In this document: positions 39,281-51,278 of the stretch, piece after piece
Layout: each line of letters begins with the position of its first letter
How positions within the stretch are numbered: the first letter of the stretch is position 1
Assembly: GCF_030013595.1 (NCBI RefSeq)
Contig: NZ_CP122768.1
Source: Escherichia coli
Lineage (GTDB): Bacteria > Pseudomonadota > Gammaproteobacteria > Enterobacterales > Enterobacteriaceae
Direction: 5' to 3' (one strand)
DNA length: 64,000 nucleotides
The notes under the pieces: generated by a model
Told to the model about the DNA's origin: nothing
What the model saw: only the letters and a program-made list of their open reading frames with translations
Database searches by the model: none
Position numbers and translations under genes: made by a program

Positions 39281-41470
39281 ATGTTTGTGGAGCATAACCT
39301 GATAAAAAATATCAAGATATTCACACTAGCGTTTACGCTCACCGTGGTACTTATTCAGCTATCCCGTTTTATTTCGCCACTTGCCATTATCCATTCCAGT
39401 TATATCTTTCTGGCGTGGATGCCACTGTGCGTAATGCTGTCAATCTTGTTTATCTTTGGCTGGCGCGGTGTCGTTCCCGTTTTATGCGGGATGTTTTGCA
39501 CCAATCTGTGGAACTTTCATCTCTCTTTTTTACAGACTGCGGTCATGCTCGGCAGCCAGACGTTTGTCGTGTTGTGTGCCTGCGCAATATTACGCTGGCA
39601 GCTGGGGACGCGTTGGCGTTATGGATTGACCAGCCGATATGTCTGGCAACGTCTTTTCTGGCTTGGTTTGGTGACGCCTATCGGCATCAAATGCAGCATG
39701 TATCTTGTGGGGAGCTTTTTTGATTTCCCGCTAAAGATATCCACCTTTTTCGGCGATGCGGATGCCATTTTCACAGTCGTTGATTTACTAAGCCTTTTCA
39801 CCGCTGTGCTGATTTACAACATGCTTTTCTACTATCTCACTCGCATGATTGTAAGTCCCCACTTTGCGCAGATATTGTGGCGCAGGGATATCGCTCCGTC
39901 GTTGGGCAAAGAGAAACGCGCATTTACCTTAAGCTGGCTGGCAGCGTTAAGCGTGCTGCTACTTCTGCTGTGCACACCGTATGAAAATGACTTTATTGCC
40001 GGTTACCTGGTGCCCGTTTTCTTCATTATCTTCACCCTCGGGGTCGGTAAGCTCCGCTATCCGTTTTTAAATCTCACCTGGGCTGTTTCAACGCTTTGCC
40101 TTCTGAATTACAACCAGAACTTTTTGCAAGGGGTGGAAACCGAATATTCGCTGGCATTTATTCTCGCGGTGCTAATTTCCTTTAGCGTTTGCCTGCTCTA
40201 TATGGTGCGCATTTATCATCGCAGTGAATGGCTTAATCGCCGCTGGCATTTGCAGGCGCTGACCGATCCGTTAACGCTCCTACCCAACTTTCGTGCGTTA
40301 GAACAAGCGCCGGAGCAAGAGGCGGGCAAGAGTTTTTGCTGCCTGCGCATTGATAATCTTGAGTTTATGAGTCGTCATTACGGCTTAATGATGCGCGTTC
40401 ACTGTATCCGATCAATTTACCGTACGCTGCTGCCGTTGATGCAGGAAAACGAAAAGTTGTATCAATTGCCGGGTAGTGAACTGCTGTTAGTGCTGAGTGG
40501 ACCGGAAACGGAAGGGCGACTCCAGCATATGGTTAACATCCTGAATAGTCGGCAAATTCACTGGAACAATACCGGGCTGGATATGGGCTATGGTGCTGCC
40601 TGGGGGCGTTTTGATGGAAATCAGGAAACCCTGCAACCCTTGTTGGGGCAGTTAAGCTGGCTGGCGGAGCAATCCTGCGCACATCATCATGTGCTGGCGC
40701 TGGATAGCAGAGAGGAGATGGTTTCCGGGCAGACCACTAAACAGGTGCTATTGCTGAATACCATTCGCACGGCGTTAGATCAGGGGGATTTGCTGCTCTA
40801 CGCCCAGCCAATTCGCAACAAAGAGGGTGAAGGTTATGATGAGATCCTCGCGCGACTGAAATATGACGGCGGCATTATGACCCCGGATAAGTTTCTGCCC
40901 CTTATTGCTCAGTTTAACCTTAGCGCGCGTTTTGATTTGCAAGTGCTGGAATCCTTGTTGAAGTGGCTGACAACACACCCTTGCGACAAAAAAGGTCCGC
41001 GCTTTTCAGTCAATTTAATGCCGCTCACGCTGCTGCAAAAGAATATTGCCGGGCGGATTATTCGTCTGTTTAAGCGTTATCACATCTCCCCGCAGGCGGT
41101 CATTCTTGAGATCACCGAGGAGCAGGCGTTTTCTAACGCAGAAAGCAGCATGTACAACATCGAGCAACTGCATAAGTTTGGTTTCCGGATTGCGATTGAT
41201 GACTTTGGCACCGGCTATGCCAACTACGAACGGTTAAAGCGTTTGCAGGCTGATATCATCAAAATTGATGGCGTCTTTGTGAAAGATATTGTCACGAATA
41301 CGCTGGATGCGATGATTGTGAGATCAATTACCGATCTGGCGAAAGCGAAGTCATTGAGTGTGGTCGCGGAGTTTGTCGAGACGCAACAGCAGCAGGCGCT
41401 ATTGCATAAGCTCGGGGTGCAATATCTGCAAGGGTATTTGATTGGTCGCCCGCAGCCATTAGCTGATTAA
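39281..41470 (+). CDS. pdeA: c-di-GMP phosphodiesterase (membrane sensor domain plus degenerate GGDEF plus EAL)
   Basis: 729 aa from ATG 39281 (MFVEHNLIKNIK...); multi-TM N-terminus; EAL-domain segment ...VILEITEEQAFS... Confidence 0.88.
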   Translation: MFVEHNLIKNIKIFTLAFTLTVVLIQLSRFISPLAIIHSSYIFLAWMPLCVMLSILFIFGWRGVVPVLCGMFCTNLWNFHLSFLQTAVMLGSQTFVVLCACAILRWQLGTRWRYGLTSRYVWQRLFWLGLVTPIGIKCSMYLVGSFFDFPLKISTFFGDADAIFTVVDLLSLFTAVLIYNMLFYYLTRMIVSPHFAQILWRRDIAPSLGKEKRAFTLSWLAALSVLLLLLCTPYENDFIAGYLVPVFFIIFTLGVGKLRYPFLNLTWAVSTLCLLNYNQNFLQGVETEYSLAFILAVLISFSVCLLYMVRIYHRSEWLNRRWHLQALTDPLTLLPNFRALEQAPEQEAGKSFCCLRIDNLEFMSRHYGLMMRVHCIRSIYRTLLPLMQENEKLYQLPGSELLLVLSGPETEGRLQHMVNILNSRQIHWNNTGLDMGYGAAWGRFDGNQETLQPLLGQLSWLAEQSCAHHHVLALDSREEMVSGQTTKQVLLLNTIRTALDQGDLLLYAQPIRNKEGEGYDEILARLKYDGGIMTPDKFLPLIAQFNLSARFDLQVLESLLKWLTTHPCDKKGPRFSVNLMPLTLLQKNIAGRIIRLFKRYHISPQAVILEITEEQAFSNAESSMYNIEQLHKFGFRIAIDDFGTGYANYERLKRLQADIIKIDGVFVKDIVTNTLDAMIVRSITDLAKAKSLSVVAEFVETQQQQALLHKLGVQYLQGYLIGRPQPLAD

Positions 41471-41480
41471 CAGGCGTAAA

Positions 41481-41512
41481 AAAACCGGGGAATTATCCCC
41501 GGCTTTTTTATG
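41481..41512. terminator. bidirectional intrinsic terminator between convergent pdeA and nupC
   Basis: AAAAAAACCGGGGAATTATCCCCGGCTTTTTT. Confidence 0.7.
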
Positions 41513-41519
41513 TATGGTC

Positions 41520-42722
41520 TTACAGCACCAGTGCTGCGATTGACGCAGACAGCACACTCACCAGGGTAGAGCCGTAAACCAGTTTCAGACCGAAGCGAGA
41601 AACCACGTTACCTTGCTCTTCATTCAGGCCTTTAACTGCACCTGCGATAATCCCGATTGAAGAGAAGTTAGCGAAGGAAACCAGGAACACAGAGATGATG
41701 CCTTCAGCACGCGGAGAAAGTGTAGAGGCAATTTTCTGCAGATCCATCATCGCAACGAACTCGTTGGAAACCAGTTTGGTCGCCATGATACTGCCCACTT
41801 GCAGTGCTTCACTGGAAGGAACACCCATCACCCATGCAATCGGATAGAAGATGTAGCCCAGGATGCCCTGGAAGGAGATGCTGTAGCCAAACCAGCCAGT
41901 CACGGTGGCAAACAGTGCGTTCAGCGCGGCGATCAGGGCGATAAAGCCGATCAGCATCGCGGCAACGATAATGGCGACTTTGAAACCTGCCAGAATGTAT
42001 TCACCCAGCATTTCGAAGAAGCTCTGACCTTCGTGTAGGTTGGACATCTGAATGTTTTCTTCACTGGCATCAACACGGTAAGGGTTGATCAGCGACAGCA
42101 CGATAAAGGTGCTGAACATGTTCAGTACCAGTGCCGCAACGACGTATTTCGGTTCCAGCATGGTCATGTATGCACCAACGATGGACATCGACACGGTGGA
42201 CATCGCCGTGGCAGCCATGGTGTACATGCGATTGCGGGAGATTTTGCCGAGGATATCTTTATAGGCAATAAAGTTTTCAGACTGACCCAGAATCAGGGAG
42301 CTGACGGCGTTAAAGGATTCCAGTTTGCCCATGCCGTTGACTTTGGAGAGCAGGAAACCAATTGCGCGGATAATCACCGGCAACACGCGAATGTGCTGGA
42401 GAATACCGATCAGTGCAGAGATAAAGACAATTGGGCACAGCACTTTCAGGAAGAAGAATGCCAGGCCTTGATCATTCATGCTACCAAAGACGAAGTTAGT
42501 CCCTTCGTTGGCAAATCCGAGCAGTTTTTCGAACATTTCGGAGAAGCCTTTCACGAAGCCTAAACCAACGTCGGAGTTCAGGAAGAACCACGCCAGTAAC
42601 ACTTCGATAACAAGCAGTTGAATAACATAACGGATACGAATTTTTTTGCGGTCGCTGCTTACCAGCAGTGCGAGAATCGCAACAACGGCAAGTGCCAGTA
42701 CAAAATGAAGGACGCGGTCCAT
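41520..42722 (-). CDS. nupC: concentrative nucleoside:H+ symporter NupC
   Basis: 400 aa from ATG 42720-42722 ([20 protein letters not shown]...); polytopic CNT family. Confidence 0.92.
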
Positions 42723-42987
42723 ATTTGCTCCAAATATGAGGCAGGTTAAATTTCCGTGCACATTCTATGTAACATGGTTAAGGAAAACGAGATCTGACAC
42801 ACACTATAATGACGTCCTGTGACAAGCTTCAAAAATAGTGAGCTGTCATACATTTCTGCTATGTTGTGTATGGAAGCTGAAAGTTATGTAAATGTGCTAA
42901 CATTAAACATAACCATAACATTCAAGTCATCAATCTTTTCGTAGTCATAATCCTGGTCTATCAGAGAAATCACCACAATCCATTTAA

Positions 42988-43046
42988 ATGAATTTGATAA
43001 TCATTCTCGTTTGGCATAGCATGAAACATAGCAAAGGCTATGTTTT
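42988..43046 (+). promoter_or_regulatory. mntH operator region: Fur-box-like and MntR-box-like sites
   Basis: AATGAATTTGATAATCATTCTC (Fur-like, about 42988-43009) and palindrome AAACATAGCAAAGGCTATGTTT (43024-43045) just upstream of mntH ATG 43058. Confidence 0.55.
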
Positions 43047-43048
43047 AG

Positions 43049-44296
<1,248 letters not shown>

Positions 44297-44323
44297 TTGA
44301 ATGAGCGTCGCATCTGGCACTAT

Positions 44324-44412
<89 letters not shown>

Positions 44413-44436
44413 ATTGTGCTCCATTGGCAAATGTGT

Positions 44437-44763
44437 TTAATGGCGGTGTCCATGTCCGCGGCCTTTTCCGCGATGATCGTCACGATCGCGCCAGCCTTCA
44501 CGATAGCCACGCTCATACGCTTTACGCTTATCCCAGCCACGATGGTAGCCATTATCATGACGCCACCAGCGGTTCTTACGCCATTCATAATTGCGATGCC
44601 AGTAGTCACGGTCGCGCCAGTGACCACCGTCCCAGTAATTACCGTAATGATCGCGATCGCCAATTTGTAATTTGATTGATGGCAGTAGGGTGATTTCACC
44701 TGCGTTTGCCGCAAGCGGGGTAAATGCCATCAGGGCGGCCGCCAGAAACAGTGACCTGAACAT
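44437..44763 (-). CDS. ypeC: secreted low-complexity protein YpeC
   Basis: 108-aa ORF; signal peptide [21 protein letters not shown]; mature part rich in R/D/H/W/Y repeats ending [10 protein letters not shown]. Confidence 0.85.
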
Positions 44764-44877
44764 TGTTATTCTCCTTCACGATCGAAGCCGTCAGCGGCCT
44801 GTTAACGCAATATTACGGGGAGGTAAAGCCCCGTATCATCGCCATAACTCTTAAATCATAAAGGAGAGCATTTTTTG

Positions 44878-46134
44878 CTAAACGTTATCGTGGGGTGGCT
44901 GTTGCTTCGGACGATTGACCATCATCATCGGCTTACCTGCTAATAACAGCCATGCCGGAAGCATGACGATACAGAGCAGCGGTAGCAATGTGGTATTGGG
45001 TACAACGACTGCCGCCATAAAAAGACTTAACCAGCCATCGCGTGTTACCACCAGCACGATGCCGAGAATAGCGCAGGAAACGGTTATTGCCGCTGGAACG
45101 GCGGGAACGTGCTCATGCAGCATCAACCCTAATGCCACGCCGACAAACACTGCCGGGAAGATTCGCCCACCGCGAAAGCCACTGGCGGCAGCAACGACCA
45201 GGGCGGCAAGTTTAATTACCGCCAGCAAAAAGTAATCGCTGGTGCTGAAAGCCTGATTTGCCACCATCTGCTGCATCTCATCCAGCCCTTTAAACAGCGA
45301 AACTGGTCCACCAATAACCCCCAGAATACCGAGAATAAATCCGCCAATACCCAGCACGAGCACCGGATTTTTCATTTGATGCATCATCGCGTGCAACCGT
45401 GGTAAGCACCATACGGCGACCATCCCTGCTGCGATGGCAATCGCCGCGACAATTGCACCGCTGAGAATATCGGTCATTTCCATTTGTCCGTAATGCGCAA
45501 TGGGCAGTGAAAAATGGGGATGGAAAAATAATCCGGTAGTAAGTGCACCAGCTGCTGCCGCCATTAACGGCGCAAAAAGACGATCCCATAGCGGAACTTC
45601 ACTACTACCATTTAAGGTTTGCGAAAATATCAACGCCGCCGCAACAGGTGTGCCAAACAGCGCGCCGATGGTTCCGGCAGAGGCTAAAATAGTCCACTCC
45701 ATTCGGTTGACGCGCGGTAACAGACGAGCGCCAATGGCAACCGCAAGGGCGATATTGACGGTCATGATCGGATGTTCTGGCCCCAGGCTGACGCCACCAG
45801 CAAGACCAAGAATTAATGCTACGATAAGTCCTGGTAGCGCAGAGGGCGGAACTGGTGCGCCGATCAGCGGTTCACAGGCGGGGTCTGGTCCGGCATGACC
45901 CTGGCTGAAACGGATAACCAACCCCACCGCAATACCTGTTAGCGTTAATATGGCGATGATCCAGAAAGGTGAATCCTGAGCTATCCCCAGAGTTCCCGGC
46001 AGTCGTTGCCAGAGCAAATTCTGTAATACCGAGGCGATTTTCATCACCACAATCAGAATAAGACTGGACGCAATCCCAATTGCCACGGCGGGGAGCGATA
46101 ATAACAACATGGTTCTGGCTCGCGGATGGAGCAT
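44878..46134 (-). CDS. yfeO: putative ion channel/transporter YfeO (ClC-like)
   Basis: 418-aa polytopic ORF. Confidence 0.85.
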   Translation of the reverse strand: MLHPRARTMLLLSLPAVAIGIASSLILIVVMKIASVLQNLLWQRLPGTLGIAQDSPFWIIAILTLTGIAVGLVIRFSQGHAGPDPACEPLIGAPVPPSALPGLIVALILGLAGGVSLGPEHPIMTVNIALAVAIGARLLPRVNRMEWTILASAGTIGALFGTPVAAALIFSQTLNGSSEVPLWDRLFAPLMAAAAGALTTGLFFHPHFSLPIAHYGQMEMTDILSGAIVAAIAIAAGMVAVWCLPRLHAMMHQMKNPVLVLGIGGFILGILGVIGGPVSLFKGLDEMQQMVANQAFSTSDYFLLAVIKLAALVVAAASGFRGGRIFPAVFVGVALGLMLHEHVPAVPAAITVSCAILGIVLVVTRDGWLSLFMAAVVVPNTTLLPLLCIVMLPAWLLLAGKPMMMVNRPKQQPPHDNV

Positions 46135-46337
46135 GTTCTATTCCTTATGCGGGGTCAGATACTTAGTTTGCCCAGCTTGCAAAAAGGCATCGCTGCAATT
46201 GGTGCTGAAACGATAAAGTAATTGTGTGACCCAGATCGATATTTACAGGGAGCCTGCCTTTCCGGCGTTGTTGTTATGCCCCCAGGTATTTACAGTGTGA
46301 GAAAGAATTATTTTGACTTTAGCGGAGCAGTTGAAGA

Positions 46338-47303
46338 ATGACAAAGTATGCATTAGTCGGTGATGTGGGCGGCACCAACGCACGTCTTGCTCTGTGTGAT
46401 ATTGCCAGTGGTGAAATCTCGCAGGCTAAGACCTATTCAGGGCTTGATTACCCCAGCCTCGAAGCGGTCATTCGCGTTTATCTTGAAGAACATAAGGTCG
46501 AGGTGAAAGACGGCTGTATTGCCATCGCTTGCCCAATTACCGGTGACTGGGTGGCAATGACCAACCATACCTGGGCGTTCTCAATTGCCGAAATGAAAAA
46601 GAATCTCGGTTTTAGCCATCTGGAAATTATTAACGATTTTACCGCTGTATCGATGGCGATCCCGATGCTGAAAAAAGAGCATCTGATTCAGTTTGGTGGC
46701 GCAGAACCGGTCGAAGGTAAGCCTATTGCGGTTTACGGTGCCGGAACGGGGCTTGGGGTTGCGCATCTGGTCCATGTCGATAAGCGTTGGGTAAGCTTGC
46801 CAGGCGAAGGCGGTCACGTTGATTTTGCGCCGAATAGTGAAGAAGAGGCCATTATCCTCGAAATACTGCGTGCAGAAATTGGTCATGTTTCGGCAGAGCG
46901 CGTGCTTTCTGGTCCTGGGCTGGTGAATTTGTATCGCGCGATTGTGAAAGCCGACAACCGCCTGCCAGAAAATCTCAAGCCAAAAGATATTACCGAACGT
47001 GCGCTGGCTGACAGCTGCACCGATTGCCGCCGCGCGTTGTCGCTGTTTTGCGTCATTATGGGCCGTTTTGGCGGCAATCTGGCGCTCAATCTCGGGACAT
47101 TTGGCGGCGTGTTTATTGCGGGTGGTATCGTGCCGCGCTTCCTTGAGTTCTTCAAAGCCTCTGGTTTCCGTGCCGCATTTGAAGATAAAGGGCGCTTTAA
47201 AGAATATGTCCATGATATTCCGGTGTATCTCATCGTCCATGACAATCCGGGCCTTCTTGGTTCCGGTGCACATTTACGCCAGACCTTAGGTCACATTCTG
47301 TAA
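46338..47303 (+). CDS. glk: glucokinase
   Basis: 321-aa ORF; N-terminal ATP-binding [14 protein letters not shown]. Confidence 0.95.
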   Translation: MTKYALVGDVGGTNARLALCDIASGEISQAKTYSGLDYPSLEAVIRVYLEEHKVEVKDGCIAIACPITGDWVAMTNHTWAFSIAEMKKNLGFSHLEIINDFTAVSMAIPMLKKEHLIQFGGAEPVEGKPIAVYGAGTGLGVAHLVHVDKRWVSLPGEGGHVDFAPNSEEEAIILEILRAEIGHVSAERVLSGPGLVNLYRAIVKADNRLPENLKPKDITERALADSCTDCRRALSLFCVIMGRFGGNLALNLGTFGGVFIAGGIVPRFLEFFKASGFRAAFEDKGRFKEYVHDIPVYLIVHDNPGLLGSGAHLRQTLGHIL

Positions 47304-47521
47304 CTCCTTCCTGTTATATCGGGAGGTAACTCTCCCGATAATCTTTTAAATCATACAGTTAATTCAATTTTTCTTTGTGTCCCCTCACAAGGCCGACCTG
47401 CGTCACACTTCCGTACAGCGGGATTAATTCTCCAGTAAATGCATTATTTGTCTGGTAACGGCGATTTGTTTTGCACGTTCATAATTTCACTCGTCAACTA
47501 TCACTGAATGAGGAATTAACG

Positions 47522-47848
47522 ATGAGTAAGAAACTGATTGCCTTATGTGCCTGCCCGATGGGCCTGGCTCACACCTTTATGGCCGCTCAGGCGCTGGAAG
47601 AAGCGGCGGTAGAAGCCGGTTATGAAGTGAAAATTGAAACCCAGGGCGCGGACGGCATCCAGAATCGTCTGACCGCGCAGGATATCGCCGAAGCGACCAT
47701 CATCATCCACTCCGTGGCGGTTACCCCGGAAGATAACGAACGTTTCGAATCACGCGACGTTTATGAAATCACTTTGCAGGATGCAATTAAAAACGCTGCG
47801 GGCATCATCAAAGAAATCGAAGAGATGATTGCCTCTGAACAACAGTAA
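47522..47848 (+). CDS. fryB: PTS fructose-like EIIB component
   Basis: 108 aa from ATG 47522; active-site Cys in LIALCACPMGLAHTFMAA. Confidence 0.88.
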   Translation: MSKKLIALCACPMGLAHTFMAAQALEEAAVEAGYEVKIETQGADGIQNRLTAQDIAEATIIIHSVAVTPEDNERFESRDVYEITLQDAIKNAAGIIKEIEEMIASEQQ

Positions 47849-47869
47849 TATTCGACAGGGATAATTGTT

Positions 47870-49117
47870 ATGGCCATTAAAAAACGCAGTGCAACCGTTG
47901 TGCCTGGCGCATCCGGTGCGGCAGCGGCAGTTAAGAATCCGCAGGCCTCTAAAAGCAGCTTCTGGGGTGAACTCCCGCAGCATGTGATGTCAGGGATTTC
48001 ACGCATGGTGTCGACCTTAATTATGGGCGGTGTGATCCTCGCTTTCAGCCAGCTTATTGCTTATAGCTGGCTTAAAATTCCTGCTGATATCGGCATCATG
48101 GATGCTCTTAATAGCGGGAAATTCTCCGGTTTCGACCTTTCCTTACTGAAATTTGCCTGGCTGTCGCAGTCCTTCGGCGGCGTGTTGTTTGGTTTCGCCA
48201 TTCCGATGTTTGCCGCTTTTGTGGCGAACTCTATCGGCGGCAAACTGGCGTTCCCGGCTGGTTTTATTGGCGGCTTGATGTCTACCCAGCCGACGCAACT
48301 GCTGAACTTCGATCCCAGCACTATGCAATGGGCGACCTCTTCGCCGGTGCCGTCCACCTTCATTGGTGCGCTGATTATTTCTATCGTTGCTGGTTACCTT
48401 GTGAAATGGATGAACCAGAAAATCCAGTTACCGGATTTCCTGTTAGCGTTCAAAACCACTTTTTTGCTACCGATTCTTTCCGCCATTTTTGTCATGCTGG
48501 CGATGTACTACGTCATCACCCCCTTTGGCGGCTGGATCAACGGCGGTATTCGTGCCGTGCTGACTGCCGCAGGTGAGAAGGGCGCGCTAATGTATGCGAT
48601 GGGGATCGCCGCGGCGACAGCAATCGACCTTGGTGGCCCGATCAACAAAGCAGCTGGTTTCGTTGCCTTCAGCTTTACCACGGACCACGTATTACCGGTC
48701 ACCGCACGTTCTATCGCTATCGTTATTCCGCCGATTGGTCTGGGTCTGGCGACCATTATTGACCGTCGTTTAACCGGCAAACGCCTGTTCAACGCTCAAC
48801 TTTATCCGCAGGGTAAGACCGCGATGTTCCTGGCCTTTATGGGGATTAGTGAGGGTGCGATTCCGTTTGCGCTGGAAAGCCCCATCACCGCCATCCCGTC
48901 GTATATGGTCGGCGCGATTGTCGGCTCAACTGCAGCTGTCTGGCTGGGCGCAGTGCAATGGTTCCCGGAATCCGCTATCTGGGCATGGCCGCTGGTCACT
49001 AACCTGGGCGTCTATATGGCGGGGATCGCGCTGGGGGCAGTCATTACTGCGCTGATGGTGGTGTTCCTGCGTCTGATGATGTTCCGTAAAGGCAAATTGT
49101 TAATCGATAGCCTGTAA
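47870..49117 (+). CDS. fryC: PTS fructose-like EIIC component
   Basis: 415-aa polytopic ORF downstream of fryB. Confidence 0.88.
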   Translation: MAIKKRSATVVPGASGAAAAVKNPQASKSSFWGELPQHVMSGISRMVSTLIMGGVILAFSQLIAYSWLKIPADIGIMDALNSGKFSGFDLSLLKFAWLSQSFGGVLFGFAIPMFAAFVANSIGGKLAFPAGFIGGLMSTQPTQLLNFDPSTMQWATSSPVPSTFIGALIISIVAGYLVKWMNQKIQLPDFLLAFKTTFLLPILSAIFVMLAMYYVITPFGGWINGGIRAVLTAAGEKGALMYAMGIAAATAIDLGGPINKAAGFVAFSFTTDHVLPVTARSIAIVIPPIGLGLATIIDRRLTGKRLFNAQLYPQGKTAMFLAFMGISEGAIPFALESPITAIPSYMVGAIVGSTAAVWLGAVQWFPESAIWAWPLVTNLGVYMAGIALGAVITALMVVFLRLMMFRKGKLLIDSL

Positions 49118-49131
49118 GAAGGAAAATCCAG

Positions 49132-50217
49132 ATGACATTACTCGCTTCGCTGCGTGACTGGCTTAAGGCGCAACAACTGGATGCGGTGCTTCTCTCCTCA
49201 CGGCAGAACAAACAGCCGCATCTGGGGATCTCCACCGGATCAGGCTATGTGGTGATTAGCCGTGAAAGTGCGCACATTCTGGTGGACTCGCGCTATTACG
49301 CGGATGTCGAAGCCCGCACGCAAGGTTACCAGCTACATTTGCTTGACGCGACGCACACGCTTGCAACCATCGTCAATAAAATCATTGCCGATGAGCAGTT
49401 GCAAACGCTCGGTTTTGAAGGCCAGCAGGTAAATTGGGAAACCGCGCACCGCTGGCAGTCTGAACTCAATGCGAAACTGGTAAGCGCCACGCCGGATGTG
49501 CTGCGGCAAATCAAAACGCCAGAGGAGGTGGAGAAAATCCGCCTCGCCTGTGGGATTGCCGATCGCGGAGCGGAGCATATTCGCCGCTTTATTCAGGCGG
49601 GGATGAGCGAATGCGAGATTGCTGCTGAACTGGAGTGGTTTATGCGCCAGCAGGGCGCAGAAAAAGCCTCTTTCGATACCATTGTCGCCAGTGGCTGGCG
49701 TGGGGCGCTGCCGCACGGCAAAGCCAGCGACAAGATTGTTGCAGCGGGCGAGTTTGTCACTCTCGATTTCGGTGCGCTGTATCAGGGTTACTGCTCTGAT
49801 ATGACGCGTACCTTGCTTGTGAATGGCGAAGGGGTGAGCGCCGAATTTCACCCGCTGTTTGACGTCTATCAGATTGTTTTGCAGGCACAGCTCGCAGCAA
49901 TCTCCGCGATTCGCCCCGGCGTGCGCTGCCAGCAGGTTGACGACGCCGCGCGCCGGGTGATTACCGAGGCTGGATTTGGCGACTATTTCGGTCATAACAC
50001 CGGTCATGCTATCGGTATTGAAGTCCATGAAGATCCGCGTTTTTCACCGCGGGACACCACGACGCTACAGCCAGGCATGTTACTGACCGTGGAGCCGGGG
50101 ATTTATTTGCCAGGGCAAGGGGGCGTGCGCATCGAAGATGTTGTGCTGGTCACCCCGCAAGGCGCAGAAGTGCTCTACGCCATGCCGAAAACAGTGTTGC
50201 TCACGGGAGAGGCATAA
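49132..50217 (+). CDS. ypdF: Xaa-Pro aminopeptidase (M24 family)
   Basis: 361-aa ORF; creatinase/prolidase N-terminal part plus M24 catalytic domain with metal ligands (…[16 protein letters not shown]…[13 protein letters not shown]…). Confidence 0.88.
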   Translation: MTLLASLRDWLKAQQLDAVLLSSRQNKQPHLGISTGSGYVVISRESAHILVDSRYYADVEARTQGYQLHLLDATHTLATIVNKIIADEQLQTLGFEGQQVNWETAHRWQSELNAKLVSATPDVLRQIKTPEEVEKIRLACGIADRGAEHIRRFIQAGMSECEIAAELEWFMRQQGAEKASFDTIVASGWRGALPHGKASDKIVAAGEFVTLDFGALYQGYCSDMTRTLLVNGEGVSAEFHPLFDVYQIVLQAQLAAISAIRPGVRCQQVDDAARRVITEAGFGDYFGHNTGHAIGIEVHEDPRFSPRDTTTLQPGMLLTVEPGIYLPGQGGVRIEDVVLVTPQGAEVLYAMPKTVLLTGEA

Positions 50218-51254
50218 TGGATTTATCGTTATTAAAAGCGTTGAGCGAGGCAGATGCGATCGCCTCCTCGGAACAGGAAGTACGGCAGATCCTGCTGGAA
50301 GAAGCGGATCGCCTGCAAAAAGAAGTGCGATTTGATGGGCTGGGATCGGTGCTGATCCGACTCAATGAGTCGACAGGTCCGAAGGTGATGATCTGTGCGC
50401 ATATGGACGAAGTGGGATTTATGGTGCGCAGCATCTCCCGCGAAGGGGCGATTGATGTGCTGCCAGTTGGCAACGTGCGCATGGCTGCCCGACAGCTTCA
50501 GCCGGTGCGGATCACCACCCGTGAAGAGTGCAAAATACCTGGCCTGCTTGACGGCGACCGGCAGGGGAATGATGTCAGCGCCATGCGCGTGGACATTGGT
50601 GCGCGCTCGTATGACGAAGTGATGCAGGCGGGAATTCGTCCAGGCGATCGCGTCACCTTCGATACCACTTTTCAGGTTCTACCCCACCAGCGAGTGATGG
50701 GGAAAGCCTTTGATGACCGCCTCGGTTGCTACCTGCTGGTGACGTTACTGCGCGAACTACACAGCGCCGAACTGCCTGCGGAAGTGTGGCTGGTGGCCAG
50801 TTCCAGCGAAGAGGTGGGATTACGCGGCGGGCAAACCGCTACCCGTGCGGTTTCACCGGACGTTGCGATTGTGCTGGATACCGCCTGCTGGGCGAAAAAC
50901 TTTGATTATGGCGCGGCTAACCATCGTCAGATTGGTAACGGGCCGATGCTGGTGTTAAGCGACAAGTCGCTGATTGCGCCGCCAAAACTTACCGCGTGGA
51001 TTGAAACCGTGGCGGCAGAAATTGGCGTACCGTTGCAGGCGGATATGTTCAGCAACGGTGGCACGGACGGTGGGGCGGTGCACTTAACCGGCACTGGCGT
51101 ACCCACAGTGGTGATGGGGCCTGCCACCCGCCACGGACATTGCGCCGCATCGATTGCCGATTGCCGCGACATTTTGCAGATGCAGCAACTTTTATCTGCC
51201 CTTATTCAACGTCTTACCCGTGAGACGGTTGTTCAACTGACGGATTTCAGATGA
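50217..51254 (+). CDS. ypdE: M42-family aminopeptidase
   Basis: 345-aa ORF; start overlaps ypdF stop by 1 nt (TAATG). Confidence 0.88.
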   Translation: MDLSLLKALSEADAIASSEQEVRQILLEEADRLQKEVRFDGLGSVLIRLNESTGPKVMICAHMDEVGFMVRSISREGAIDVLPVGNVRMAARQLQPVRITTREECKIPGLLDGDRQGNDVSAMRVDIGARSYDEVMQAGIRPGDRVTFDTTFQVLPHQRVMGKAFDDRLGCYLLVTLLRELHSAELPAEVWLVASSSEEVGLRGGQTATRAVSPDVAIVLDTACWAKNFDYGAANHRQIGNGPMLVLSDKSLIAPPKLTAWIETVAAEIGVPLQADMFSNGGTDGGAVHLTGTGVPTVVMGPATRHGHCAASIADCRDILQMQQLLSALIQRLTRETVVQLTDFR

Positions 51255-51278
51255 TCTCCTGATTAACCCGGAGCGGTT

